DNA of 64,000 nt from a virus: positions 1 through 64,000 of the IMG/VR virus record IMGVR_UViG_3300045988_059940. The stretch is one strand, 5' to 3'. The notes under the pieces were generated by a model. The model had not been told where the DNA came from. It ran no database searches and saw only the letters and a program-made list of their open reading frames with translations. The first letter of the stretch is position 1; the number at the start of each line of letters is the position of its first letter. The position numbers and the translations under genes were made by a program. Positions 38,649 to 48,547 of the stretch are shown one piece after another.

Positions 38649-40172
38649 TTACGCACCTACTGCTGCAATACCGTTGTTTTCCATCTCTGCGTCAGCTGCG
38701 TCACAATACAAAATACCGCAAGCCAGAGGGTTACGTACCATAATACCACTTTCACCTAAGAAGTGAACTTGGTAACCGTCGCGGCTATTAGAACGCATCG
38801 TGTTAATTGAATTGCCATAACCACTAGGTATAACTGAACCACCAGTACACCAGGTTACAAACTCACGTCCTTTACGACAAACCTTAACGACGTTAGATTG
38901 TCCATCACGCATACCGAAATCTACAAACAAGAACGTATAAGACATAAGTGGTTTGCCAGTCAGAGGATGAAGTTGACGGAACATTTCTGCATTGTCAAAC
39001 ATAGCACAGCGTTTCAATGTTAACTCAATACCGTTGGTCATCTTATAGGTAGTAAACTGACCACCAAGCGTAAGTTCTTGACCAGAACCAGTAATAAACT
39101 TAGTATCAATGAGGTTGAAGCTAGCAACTTTTTCCTTCAATACACGGTCGAACTCACGAAGTCCCATCTCTCCTGTAATACCAACAAACTTACGTTCGTT
39201 TGTACCAAGCATATTGTAGCTTAGGTCGAACAGATAATCTTCCAGCAATTCTGACGTAAGAGTAGTGTAATAACGTACGTTAGCAGGAGAAATCTGAGCA
39301 AACAAACCAGCACTGATATTTACAGGACGTCCGTTTGTACCTTTTAACGTATAAGTACCGTCTGCATTACGGTTAGGTTTAGCAAACAGAAGCTTCATTT
39401 CTTCCCTCTTCTTCCATTCACGAAGGGCCTTCCAGTGTTGATAATCAGCCCACAAATAACTCTTCTTACCAGTTTCTGGGTCAGTTAGAGCGATTGCTAA
39501 TACGGTAGAATATGCATCACCAGTAATATCATAAGACAGACGTGAAATAGAAAGCGAGTTACGCATCTTAAATGGCGTCTGATAGTTGATGATGTCAGCC
39601 TCATCTGAGTACTCTTCGTAAGCACTACCAATACGGCTTACTTGACGACCAGGTAAAAGGTATTCGTTTGGAATATATGCACCAGCATAGTTATCTACAA
39701 CATAGCATTCATAAACCCAAGCGTTACCATCCTGATAGGGAACACCGTTTGCACGTACTTGGAAATTATAGTTATCAAATGCCAATAGTGCACCAGGACC
39801 GAAGAAACGCTCTTCTATACCGAGATAAATAGGAGCACCATTCATACCAGCGAACCTATTTGCGTTATTATCGTCGCCAACGCGCTTACCACCAGCCTTA
39901 GCCCAAAGGATATTAACAGCATGGTCTGCATCAATTTGTACTGACCACTCATATTCACTGTTATCAATCGTCATAGTCTTACCAAGACCGCCAGTAAGCA
40001 TGTCAATTACGGTAGATACGCCGTCGTCCTTTGTACCAAATACCAGTGAAAGAAGACCAGCAATCTCATGAGGTTTAGTTAATGCGGCGTTAGAAATCAT
40101 ATTTTCGTCTACAAGACCTGCAAAGCGCTTACCGCGATACAGTTGTAGACCATTAAGTAATGTGTTATTCAT
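38649..40172 (-). CDS. Major capsid protein (crAss-like, HK97-fold class by context), 507 aa
   Basis: Intact ATG (40170-40172) to TAA (38649-38651) ORF with no TAG. It is GC-richer than its surroundings, sits directly after an acidic scaffold-like gene and near portal/TerL, and its size and position match crAss-like MCPs. No search was run. Confidence 0.75.
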   Translation of the reverse strand: MNNTLLNGLQLYRGKRFAGLVDENMISNAALTKPHEIAGLLSLVFGTKDDGVSTVIDMLTGGLGKTMTIDNSEYEWSVQIDADHAVNILWAKAGGKRVGDDNNANRFAGMNGAPIYLGIEERFFGPGALLAFDNYNFQVRANGVPYQDGNAWVYECYVVDNYAGAYIPNEYLLPGRQVSRIGSAYEEYSDEADIINYQTPFKMRNSLSISRLSYDITGDAYSTVLAIALTDPETGKKSYLWADYQHWKALREWKKREEMKLLFAKPNRNADGTYTLKGTNGRPVNISAGLFAQISPANVRYYTTLTSELLEDYLFDLSYNMLGTNERKFVGITGEMGLREFDRVLKEKVASFNLIDTKFITGSGQELTLGGQFTTYKMTNGIELTLKRCAMFDNAEMFRQLHPLTGKPLMSYTFLFVDFGMRDGQSNVVKVCRKGREFVTWCTGGSVIPSGYGNSINTMRSNSRDGYQVHFLGESGIMVRNPLACGILYCDAADAEMENNGIAAVGA

Positions 40173-40194
40173 ATATTGTTATAAATTATATTAA

Positions 40195-41313
40195 TTAGTA
40201 CATACCTGTCAACAGGTCTGTAACTGATTTTTCTTTACTTGTTGCACTCTGCGAAGTGTGATTTTTAGCAGAGTTTCTTAAAAGTTTTCTAAGTTTCTCA
40301 GCAGCAGACGTTTCGCCAGTCTTTTTTGCTGTTGAAACTACGGCATCACCTTTCATAGTAAAGTAAGCAGATTCGATTAGGTTCTTTGCTAGATTAGAAT
40401 CAAAGTCCTTCTGGTATTGTGTATAACCATCTTTATCTGTCTTGAAAATATAATCATACAAAGCTTTGCGGTCTGCTTTTGGGATAGCAATGCCACGAAT
40501 TGAATCTAAACTATTAATACTATCTGTTACAGATTTCATAAATTGCTGTTGTTGAGCCTCTTGTTGTCTAGCCAACTCTGCCTGTTGCTTAGCATTTGCT
40601 TCTGCTTCATTCTTACGAATTTCTTTAAGCATCTCCAAAGCGTCTTCCGACTCTTCGTATAATACGCCAGCATCTTCATATCTAGCAATCTTGTTATTAA
40701 TCTGTTCATCTGTGTAGCCGTTGTGACGAAGCAAATCACCAATTACAGTACGTTGATTGGATTCTGATTCCAAATCAATGTTATCAAGAGTAAGTGCTTG
40801 TTTTTGTACTTGATAGAAATCTTCAAACTTACCACCATTCTTTACAAACTCATCTAACTTCTATATCCTATCATCTGCATACTGTGGAACTGAGTTCTAC
40901 TGTACAACATCTGTAAGGTACTTAGTTAGACCATCTACTGTAAGTGGTCTTTCTTCATCACTAATGTCTGCTATATTCCAACCTAATGATTCAGCAACAG
41001 CATCGAACAAAACACCAACTTGTTGTGCCTCAGCAACATCTTCATCAGTTGGTTCATTTTCATCGACGTCTTGTGTATCTTCTTTATCATCAGATTGTTC
41101 TTTGTCAGCAGGCTCTGTGTCTGCTGCTTGATTTATATCATTATCTTCCTCATCAGGTTCATCGCCTTCTGGTTCTTTAATTTCTGTTACTTCGTCCTCA
41201 ACCACAATATCTTCATCCAAGTTAGTAGCACTAGTATCTCCTTCTGAATTACCGTACATGCTTAACAGGTCATCAAATGTGGATGGATTAGTTTCTTGTT
41301 TACGTTTTGCCAT
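40195..41313 (-). CDS. Scaffolding-like protein, 372 aa
   Basis: Track ORFs 40897..41313 and 40195..40773 are co-framed and joined through TAG 40897 and 40861; the gap was scanned. ATG at 41311-41313; TAA at 40195-40197. Very acidic N-terminal third, a Q/A/E-rich coiled segment (AELARQQEAQQQQ), and a position immediately 5' of the MCP. Confidence 0.6.
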
Positions 41314-41362
41314 AATTATTAATTAATAATTAAATTATTTGTTTCGCTGTTTAATCAGCGTA

Positions 41363-41998
41363 TTACCATTCAGTATAATCATAAGGTCGCCTTAGAGTTG
41401 TAGGGACACCTTTTTTGGTTTTACCATACAACTAATCACGCATACCTTTCAATACTTTTTTCATATCTGGAACACCTTTTGTTTTGGCGTTCTTTGGATT
41501 TAGCTTCCATTTACTCATTGCAGCATCTATGCTCTTCATGTTAGCCATACGATTACTATATGTGTCATATGAAGATTCATAGTATCCTGCGTCTTTTAGT
41601 ATTCTGGCTGCTTTTCTTGGGTCTGTTTCGTCTAGTACATTATTGTACTTTTTATCCATTAAGAGATTGTCGCTAATGTAATAGTTAGCAAAGTCTTGTT
41701 CGTTTTTAAATTGTTTGTATTGATTAATATTTGGACTAACAATACCTCCATAATTGTGTAGATTTCTAGCAATAGGAGATGTACCATTTAATGACTCCAA
41801 TGCAGTTTGACGCATAGCATTATCTAGCCAATCTAGTTTTCCGACTTCTTGCAATCTGTCATATAATGCTGGTGCCATCTTTTCAACATATTCATCGTAC
41901 TAGTCTTTGCCTCCTGCATAATTACGAATATCCCAATAGTTTTCACCATTCTTCCAACGGTCAAATCTTTCTTGAAAAGACTTAGTATTATATCTCAT
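41363..41998 (-). CDS. Glucosaminidase/muramidase-like peptidoglycan hydrolase, 211 aa
   Basis: ATG at 41996-41998, 2 nt after the portal TGA. TAG at 41900 and 41432. TAA at 41363-41365. The segment AMRQTALESLNGTSPIARNLHNYGGIV resembles the A..ES.(W)G.S.LA...NN.FGI core of FlgJ-type glucosaminidase domains (recollection). Confidence 0.5.
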
Positions 41999-42000
41999 AA

Positions 42001-44484
42001 TCAATTCTCCCCAGGAACTTTATTTTTTATAGCCACCTTAGCTTTAAGTCTTTCACGTTCAAGAGCAGCATCATCTTTTTGCTTTTGTAGCTCCATTTCA
42101 TGGTTCATGCGCTTCTTTTCCAAGTCAATCTTAGCATCTTCTATTTCACGCTTTTGACGTGCTTCATAGCGTTTCTAATAAGCATCTTGGTCAATCTTAC
42201 GCAGCTGCGTAGCTTCTCTTGCCATCTCTAATGGGTCTGGAATACCGTTCATATCAATATCCTTATTCTCAGTACCACGATATGTACTAATCTCAGCAAC
42301 TGCAATCTTAGTTTGATTATCAGCATCAATACGATAGCGTTCAAGGTCCATTTCAGCCTCTTTTAGCATAAGTTCTTGTTGCTTAGCTTCATTCTACATT
42401 TGTTGTAATTGCATTTGAGCTTGTTGTTCTTGTTGTTGCTGCTGTTGTTGTAATTGCTCTTGACGAGTTTGCATATCTTGCAGTTTCTGCTTAATGATAT
42501 TGAAGTTATCACTGGTAAGTAATTCCGCTGCTTCAAGTAAGCTAGCGCCATTTTGCATAGCAGGTTGTATAAGCTGTTGAAGTTTTTGTATATTCTCCAA
42601 ATCCTTAGAAGCATCACTTACAAATACATCCATATCTTCATAATAGAACTTCTGTGATATATTTAAGAATGCCCTTTCACCATTATCGAATACATATGAA
42701 AGCTTTTGTTTTCCTGAGTCTTGCCAAGCACCTTTGGCTGTATTTAGCAGCATGTTTAATACTCTGCGCTTACATTGATTGTGTACCCAGAATAAAGGCT
42801 CTGTAATATGTGAAGATTGTACAACAGAACGCTCTACATTACCAACAAGTTCAGATGAACTAATTGCACCTTGACGTTGTTCTGTAATACCAGATATAGT
42901 ACCTGCAAGCTGTTCAATCTTATCCATTAATTGAATATATTCAGATATGACATTACTCATTGTTAAGTCAAGAGCTGTAATCTAATTGAACTGAGCAGGT
43001 TTTCCACCTTCTCTCCCTGGCACATTCCAACCTTCGTCATATGGATTAATGAAGTTTACACCAACACTCGATAGATAGTGCATCCAACGTTCTGGTGTAA
43101 TATTCATAGACTTAGGTATCTATGTAATGTCCATATTTACAACCTTACCTTTATCTCTTGCAATAGCCAACTCCAACCTATACCACAATACAATATACAT
43201 GTATTGTAGAGGTTTAAGGATACTAACCAAAGACCTGGGCCTACTATTAGTATTGCTGTATACACAACCACAATATGGAAGCTTTTGTGAATTAGGATTA
43301 TCAAGACTTACAAATTGATACTCTATTGGTTGTATACCGAAGTATAAGTCATTTCCTGCTTTATATCCTTCCCAGACCTCTATAATCCAGTCTGGTTCTA
43401 CTGCTAGTTCTGTACCTACCTTCTTGTATGTCTCATCACATATATTGATTTGTGGTTCACCATTTTCGTCCATCGTGGTCACATAGAATATCTTCTTGAA
43501 AGATTTCCAGCAACAGTGATATACATCTACATGGTGTTTAGAGTTCATGTCTCCACCGTCTGAAAGGTCAATAGAACGCATTCTAATGCCCTAGAACGTA
43601 TCAACACCATCCTTCTCGATGTTATCTACACCAGGTGCACCAGAGAGCATCTCATTGAGTTTATTTAGCTCTTTTTCACTAAGTTTATCATAATACCTAT
43701 CATACACCTCTTGTATAGGTAATTTCATCTTACGAACACACCAAGAACCATCTTCTATAAACTCTAAATCTGGACTCTTATCATAATTAAAGTATAAAGG
43801 ATTTACACGTTCTGCATAAGGGTCACCATTTTGTACACCAACATAATATACTTCTGTACCACTAATTAGACCGTCTTTCCAACCTTTAATAAATTCGTTA
43901 GCTAAACCTAGTTTTTCTTTTAAGTACTCCAATGTGTGGTATGCTGTGTTTTCTATAATATCTTTGTAGTCCTTATCCATATATTTAGCAATAGCTTCTG
44001 GTGGCATTATCTCCCCAGATTGCAGTTGTTGTTCAAACTGCTACTGCTCTTCTGGACTCATTTTTGATTTTATTGATGCCATTATATACTACATCAACAT
44101 ATCCTTTTCTTTGTCTTGCAGCTCTGATACAGCATCCTGTGATGTACGTATAACTCTAAAATTCATTGGTCGTTTTGTTTCTTCACCAATTAATAAGTCT
44201 ATCTTTGGACGTACTATATTAAAGTCCTGTGGAGTAGCAGGAAATCCATCATCTACCTTAAATGGATTGGTTATACGTTTAAAGTCGTCCTCATTGAACA
44301 CACTATTGTATAAATCATAGTATGTTTGCATTTCACTAACATTACTACCTTTAACTAGTGCTGAATTACTTTTTGATTCGCCTATGATATAATCGACACA
44401 CTTATGTTGCCAATCCTTATCTTTCTTTGTAAGTGGTAGTTTTTGTTGCGGAAACGAAGAAGTATGTAAATTACTATCTATCAT
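42001..44484 (-). CDS. Portal protein, 827 aa
   Basis: Five co-framed track fragments (44089..44484, 43591..44007, 43120..43581, 42394..42960, 42175..42369). Seven TAG (44089, 44041, 43591, 43120, 42982, 42394, 42175); gaps and the C-terminal extension were read with no TAA/TGA. ATG at 44482-44484; TGA at 42001-42003. It lies directly after TerL and has a Q-rich coiled C-terminal region. Confidence 0.7.
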
Positions 44485-44488
44485 ATCG

Positions 44489-46785
44489 TTAAAGTGTAAA
44501 TGTCGGTATGTCGTCCTATTCTGTCACATCGTTGTCCCAGTAATTATTACTAAACAATGGCGTTTCAAATAGTTCGACTTGTTTGTTTTTATCTTTATGT
44601 GCTTGTGTTTTTATCTGATATAACTCTTCTCTATATATCATTACCATACACAAAGCAATTACTCTATCGACGTTTCTTATTCCGTCATTTTCAATCAGCT
44701 CCTCTAATAGAGGTTCGCTGTATATTCGTTCTAAGTTTAGTCGTCCTGGTTCATATTCATCCATTAACCATTCTAATATTAGACCTTCTCCATACGCTCG
44801 TATTGATTTGGTCATATGACAACCTTTTCTTCTTTGTACCTTAGAATCTTTAAATATCTCTGAGATTACTTTGTCTGGCTAATCAGCCAATAAGTAATCA
44901 CAGTGTTTATTGGTGAAATAAGGATAAATTCCTTTACGTTCATTTTCAAATAATAGTCTAGCATTATAGAACAACAATAACTTTCTTACGTTCTCATAAT
45001 ACTCTTCTGCTGTATCTGGTCTACCAGAATACTCAGCTACTATTACGTCATTCCAAGCTTCACCTGCTTGCACGCGTTTAAATATAAATGTAGAGCCTAA
45101 CGAATTAGTAAAGCTCTCATCGTGGTCATCAGTTTGTTATCGTACAGCTTTTTATCTGTACTTCTATATGTTTCCATATAGCCCAGCATACATTATTACT
45201 TTGATAGTATCGGGCACTCGTGGCAAGATTATATTTATTCACTTGCTATGCGTTACGGTGACCTATAACCTTTCGTAATTTATAGGTTTACCACGGTGTT
45301 TCCACATATATTGATTATATAAGGTGTCCTCCGTATTTGCCCGATTTTAGACCCGCTGACTTACGCGTACGGGTCGCACCCCCCTACATATAATCCATAA
45401 GGAGGGTCTTTAACTGGATATTCCCAGATTACAATAGAGCCATGAGGTTTATCATCTTTTTTTAAATGATATGTTGTAATATCACCAGACTTTTTCTCTG
45501 TTGCTACAACATTACCATTCTCAAACCTAAGGTCTACTATATGTTTCATATTCCTAAGCTTTTCGTTTGTTCTAATTCTGGTTAGTTGATTCATCAATAA
45601 CTTTCTAGGGAATATGTTTTTTCCAAGTTCTAATACAGCTTCTTGTGGTTTCAAAGGACGTTCTGATACAAATCTGTCAATAGAAGTCTAACTGGCACCA
45701 CCATCTTTAATAATGTTACGTTGTTTTATTAATTCTTCTATTGCTTTCTCTTTCATTGAGTTTCCATCTTTGTCCATATATATAGGGTTTCCATTTTCAT
45801 CAGAACCCTCCATATTAGACCAAGCTGGAACAAAGAACCCACATTTTTTATCGGTCTATCCGTCATCCCATATGTTTTCAAATCCTAATACATTAAATGC
45901 GTCTGGATTGTAGAATATGTTCTTCAAACCATCAAATGAGCCACCTTCTGTACCACCTGTTCCAAATAGACACAGAAGACCGAAAGCAACACCATCGTCA
46001 GTTTCCACAGCTGGTTGTTCAACACGCCAAGCTGTTTCTAGATTAGGAAACTTACCACCTTCTTCAAATAGTACTAATTTACCACGAGTACCACGAAGAC
46101 GTTCTGGGTCATTCTTCAATGTAATTCCAGTAATGCTTGATAAATAACCCTGTTCAGTCTATTTACCAAATTCATCGGTTACCTTAAAACCAGCAACACG
46201 TTCCATACGAGTACTTGTAAGACGCTGTTTAGACCAGTCTGTATGTTTATCCACAAAGTCCATTATCTACCAGGCTTTGGTTAATATACCATCACCGATT
46301 AAGAATTTTTGTTCTGATGCTACTGCGAAGTTTTTAGAGCCTGGTATCAATTCATAGTTGCGCACTAGCATTGATGCACCTTTAAAACTATATCCTCTCT
46401 GCCTACATTTTAATGTAGCCATATGTTTACCTTGCTCTTCCGCTTCTTCTATTGCATGATAGTAGTAGTAATCGTAATCCCAAAATCTAGGGAAACCAAA
46501 TATACGCTCACGTCTTGTACGTTTTGCACCATATCTGTCTGTATACTCTACTTCTTGCAGTTTCATAATTGGGCTATAATTCAAATAAAAGTAATGATAA
46601 CCAGTTATAGCATCTCCATCGGGAGCTACATACCCATTTATACATCTGTCAGTCTCTCTGTCCCAATATGAATTATAGTCAGTAGTACCTCTTGGTGCAA
46701 GAGTATAACAACCATGTTCCTAAAAAAATATTGCGGCTTCACGGAATTTATCTGAGTTTATCACTCTCTTATTAAAATCAACCAT
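44489..46785 (-). CDS. terL: Terminase large subunit, split: exon 1 46785..45369, exon 2 45129..44489 (685 aa after removal of 45130..45368)
   Basis: 1417+641 nt = 686 codons. ATG at 46783-46785, just after the upstream TAA; TAA at 44489-44491. Walker-A-like KCRQRGYSFKG, Walker-B LVLFEEGG, GTGGTEGG, and nuclease-domain GGCDPY|DHDES...VAEYSGRP...LLFENE. Seven in-frame TAG (46720, 46267, 46159, 45856, 45688, 44879, 44516). Exon 1 and exon 2 frames differ by exactly the 239 nt removed. Confidence 0.8.
45130..45368 (-). other. Group-I-like self-splicing intron candidate (239 nt, no ORF) inside terL
   Basis: The TerL frame hits TAA at 45361-45363, and the downstream frame only opens after TAA 45137-45139. 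Exon end GACCCGU (45375-45369) pairs with intron GCGGGUC (45356-45350), giving a terminal U.G at the 5' junction. The intron ends in G (45130). GNRA hairpin CUAUAUG-GAAA-CAUAUAG at 45164-45181. There is an 8-bp long-range pairing between 45338-45345 and 45209-45216. The segment is GC-richer and denser in stops than its flanks. Confidence 0.65.
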
Positions 46786-46787
46786 AA

Positions 46788-47306
46788 TTAATTAGGTATT
46801 TCAAATCGACCTATAATACCACCACCTTTAACCTTACCAGATTCCATTTGTTCAGCTTTTGCTTGTTTCATTGCTATATCTAACGATTTAACAACAGAAC
46901 TAACATCTTTTAATATTCTGGTTATTTTGAGCGCAGTATCTATGTCCATGTTTCCTTCTGAATATTGATTCAGAGTTTCTATCAACCCTTCTGCTGCTGA
47001 CTGTGAAGAAGCTAGCAATCTGGTACTAGGAGTCTATTGAAACTCCTAGAACCTTTTTGCTAATTCTTTTACAGATACAGAAGGAATATAATTCTCATCT
47101 TTAAATACATCTTTTGCTACAATTGAAGCCCTTTCCTTCTCTGGATACGCTTCATATGGCGTATTCCATTTATATAACCATACGATGTATTCTATTTCCT
47201 TCAACGCCTATTCTTTATCTTTGGCAGTATTGTAATGTTCCTTAAATGGCGGTACTGCTAAGTCTTCGGTGTTGAGTTTTATTTTACTTCCTTGTATATC
47301 AAACAT
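46788..47306 (-). CDS. Hypothetical protein, 172 aa, in the position of a small terminase subunit
   Basis: ATG at 47304-47306 after in-frame TAA 47313-47315. TAG at 47208, 47046 and 47034. TAA at 46788-46790, 2 nt before the terL ATG. Function is guessed from position only. Confidence 0.5.
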
Positions 47307-47317
47307 ATTTAATTATA

Positions 47318-48547
47318 TTATGCTACTACTGTACCATTGGCGTCAACCCATTTGTTATCTTTACCAAACCAGAGCGGTTTATTCTTTACTGTATCAAAGA
47401 ACATTTGACCAAGTACTGGATTTGCTGGTCTAGTTGCAGCAGGAGTTTGTGGCAATACATCTTGTACTTTCCTACCATCAGCCAAATACATATCTCCGTT
47501 CACCCTAATATCTAATGCATTACTTCTTACTGTATCAGACTATCCATTACCTATTGTAAATAACGAAGACTATTTAGCTTGATTTGCATCTTTTACAATA
47601 GTACTATAAGAACCATCCCCAACTGTATTTGAAAACGCGCCGAATACAGCTGCATAATCTACATTAGATTTATTATTATTTCCAGTTATAAACTAAGCGT
47701 TTTTGTAAGACTTATTCTTTGCACCAGATATAAAAGACCCATTGGCGTTTGCGCCTATGTAGTTAGAAAATCCAAATGTTGCTGAATATTTTGTTTTTTC
47801 TGCAATATTCTATGTACCAACCGCAATACTATTTGTATAGTTTCCACGATTCTCACCAGCAAGTATTGAACATTTACCATCATTGCTAGTTGTAAACATA
47901 GAAATAATGCCAGGTTTTGTTAATCCGCATTCTATTGCATTTGTGATTATGACCTTATTGTCGGAATTAACATCAAATATTACTTTCTTTAATGTAGATT
48001 TTGAAAATTTTTCACCTTCTAGTTTTAATCCGTTGGCGTATTTTCCAACAATCATATATACATCGTAAGACTTTAAATATGTATATGACGAACTTGTACT
48101 ATCATACGCAGTGACCGCGATGTCACCATTTACAGACTTTATTTTAAATATATATGCATTTGCTATTATTAAATTCTGTTCACCTTTATTTAGAATGCCG
48201 AATCCGCAAAGTATAGATGTATTGCCCAAAGATGCAATATTATATCCAGAAATAATATCCGATGGACCAGAATATACATTGTGGTTTGACTTTATTGTAG
48301 TTAGTGTTATTGCTGTATTATTTATATTTTCTGTCTTATTGTCTGCGGAATAAGATGGCGATATAACACTATCTACTAATGAATTAGATGTTCCACCAAC
48401 AATATTTAAAGATTTTACTTCATTTGCATCCAATATTGTACCTGGTTCAAAACCATTTTTTATATCACCCAAAACTATCTATGGTGTAACGGCATACTTT
48501 AATCCTCCACCCTAAATAGTTGTACCATTTAATTTTACTGTTTCCAT
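47318..48547 (-). CDS. Tail fibre-like protein, 409 aa
   Basis: ATG 48545-48547 shares a base with the upstream TAA (TAATG). TAG at 48512, 48479, 47810, 47693, 47570 and 47540. TAA at 47318-47320. The C-terminal motif GQMFFDTVKNKPLWFGKDNKWVDANG is, as I recall, common at the tips of Bacteroidota phage fibres. Confidence 0.6.

Noticed and set aside
44489-44518. Several late genes have a TAG a few codons before the real stop: TerL 44516, fibre 56382, 35693, spanin-like 32060, giant ORF 4799/4760, 36399, 41432. This could be 'fossil' ancestral TAG stops with short read-through extensions.
   Set aside because: Four genes have a TAG within the last 10 codons, against about 3 expected from the average TAG frequency over about 27 genes. 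That is not distinguishable from chance by hand count. It would need a proper comparative test.
45074-45368. The TerL discontinuity could be a programmed ribosomal frameshift, or two separate terminase polypeptides.
   Set aside because: About 230 nt with multiple stops in all relevant frames separate the two conserved halves. There is no start codon at the beginning of the second half (the in-frame region opens right after a TAA). The junctions fit group I splice-site rules and restore a contiguous nuclease motif.
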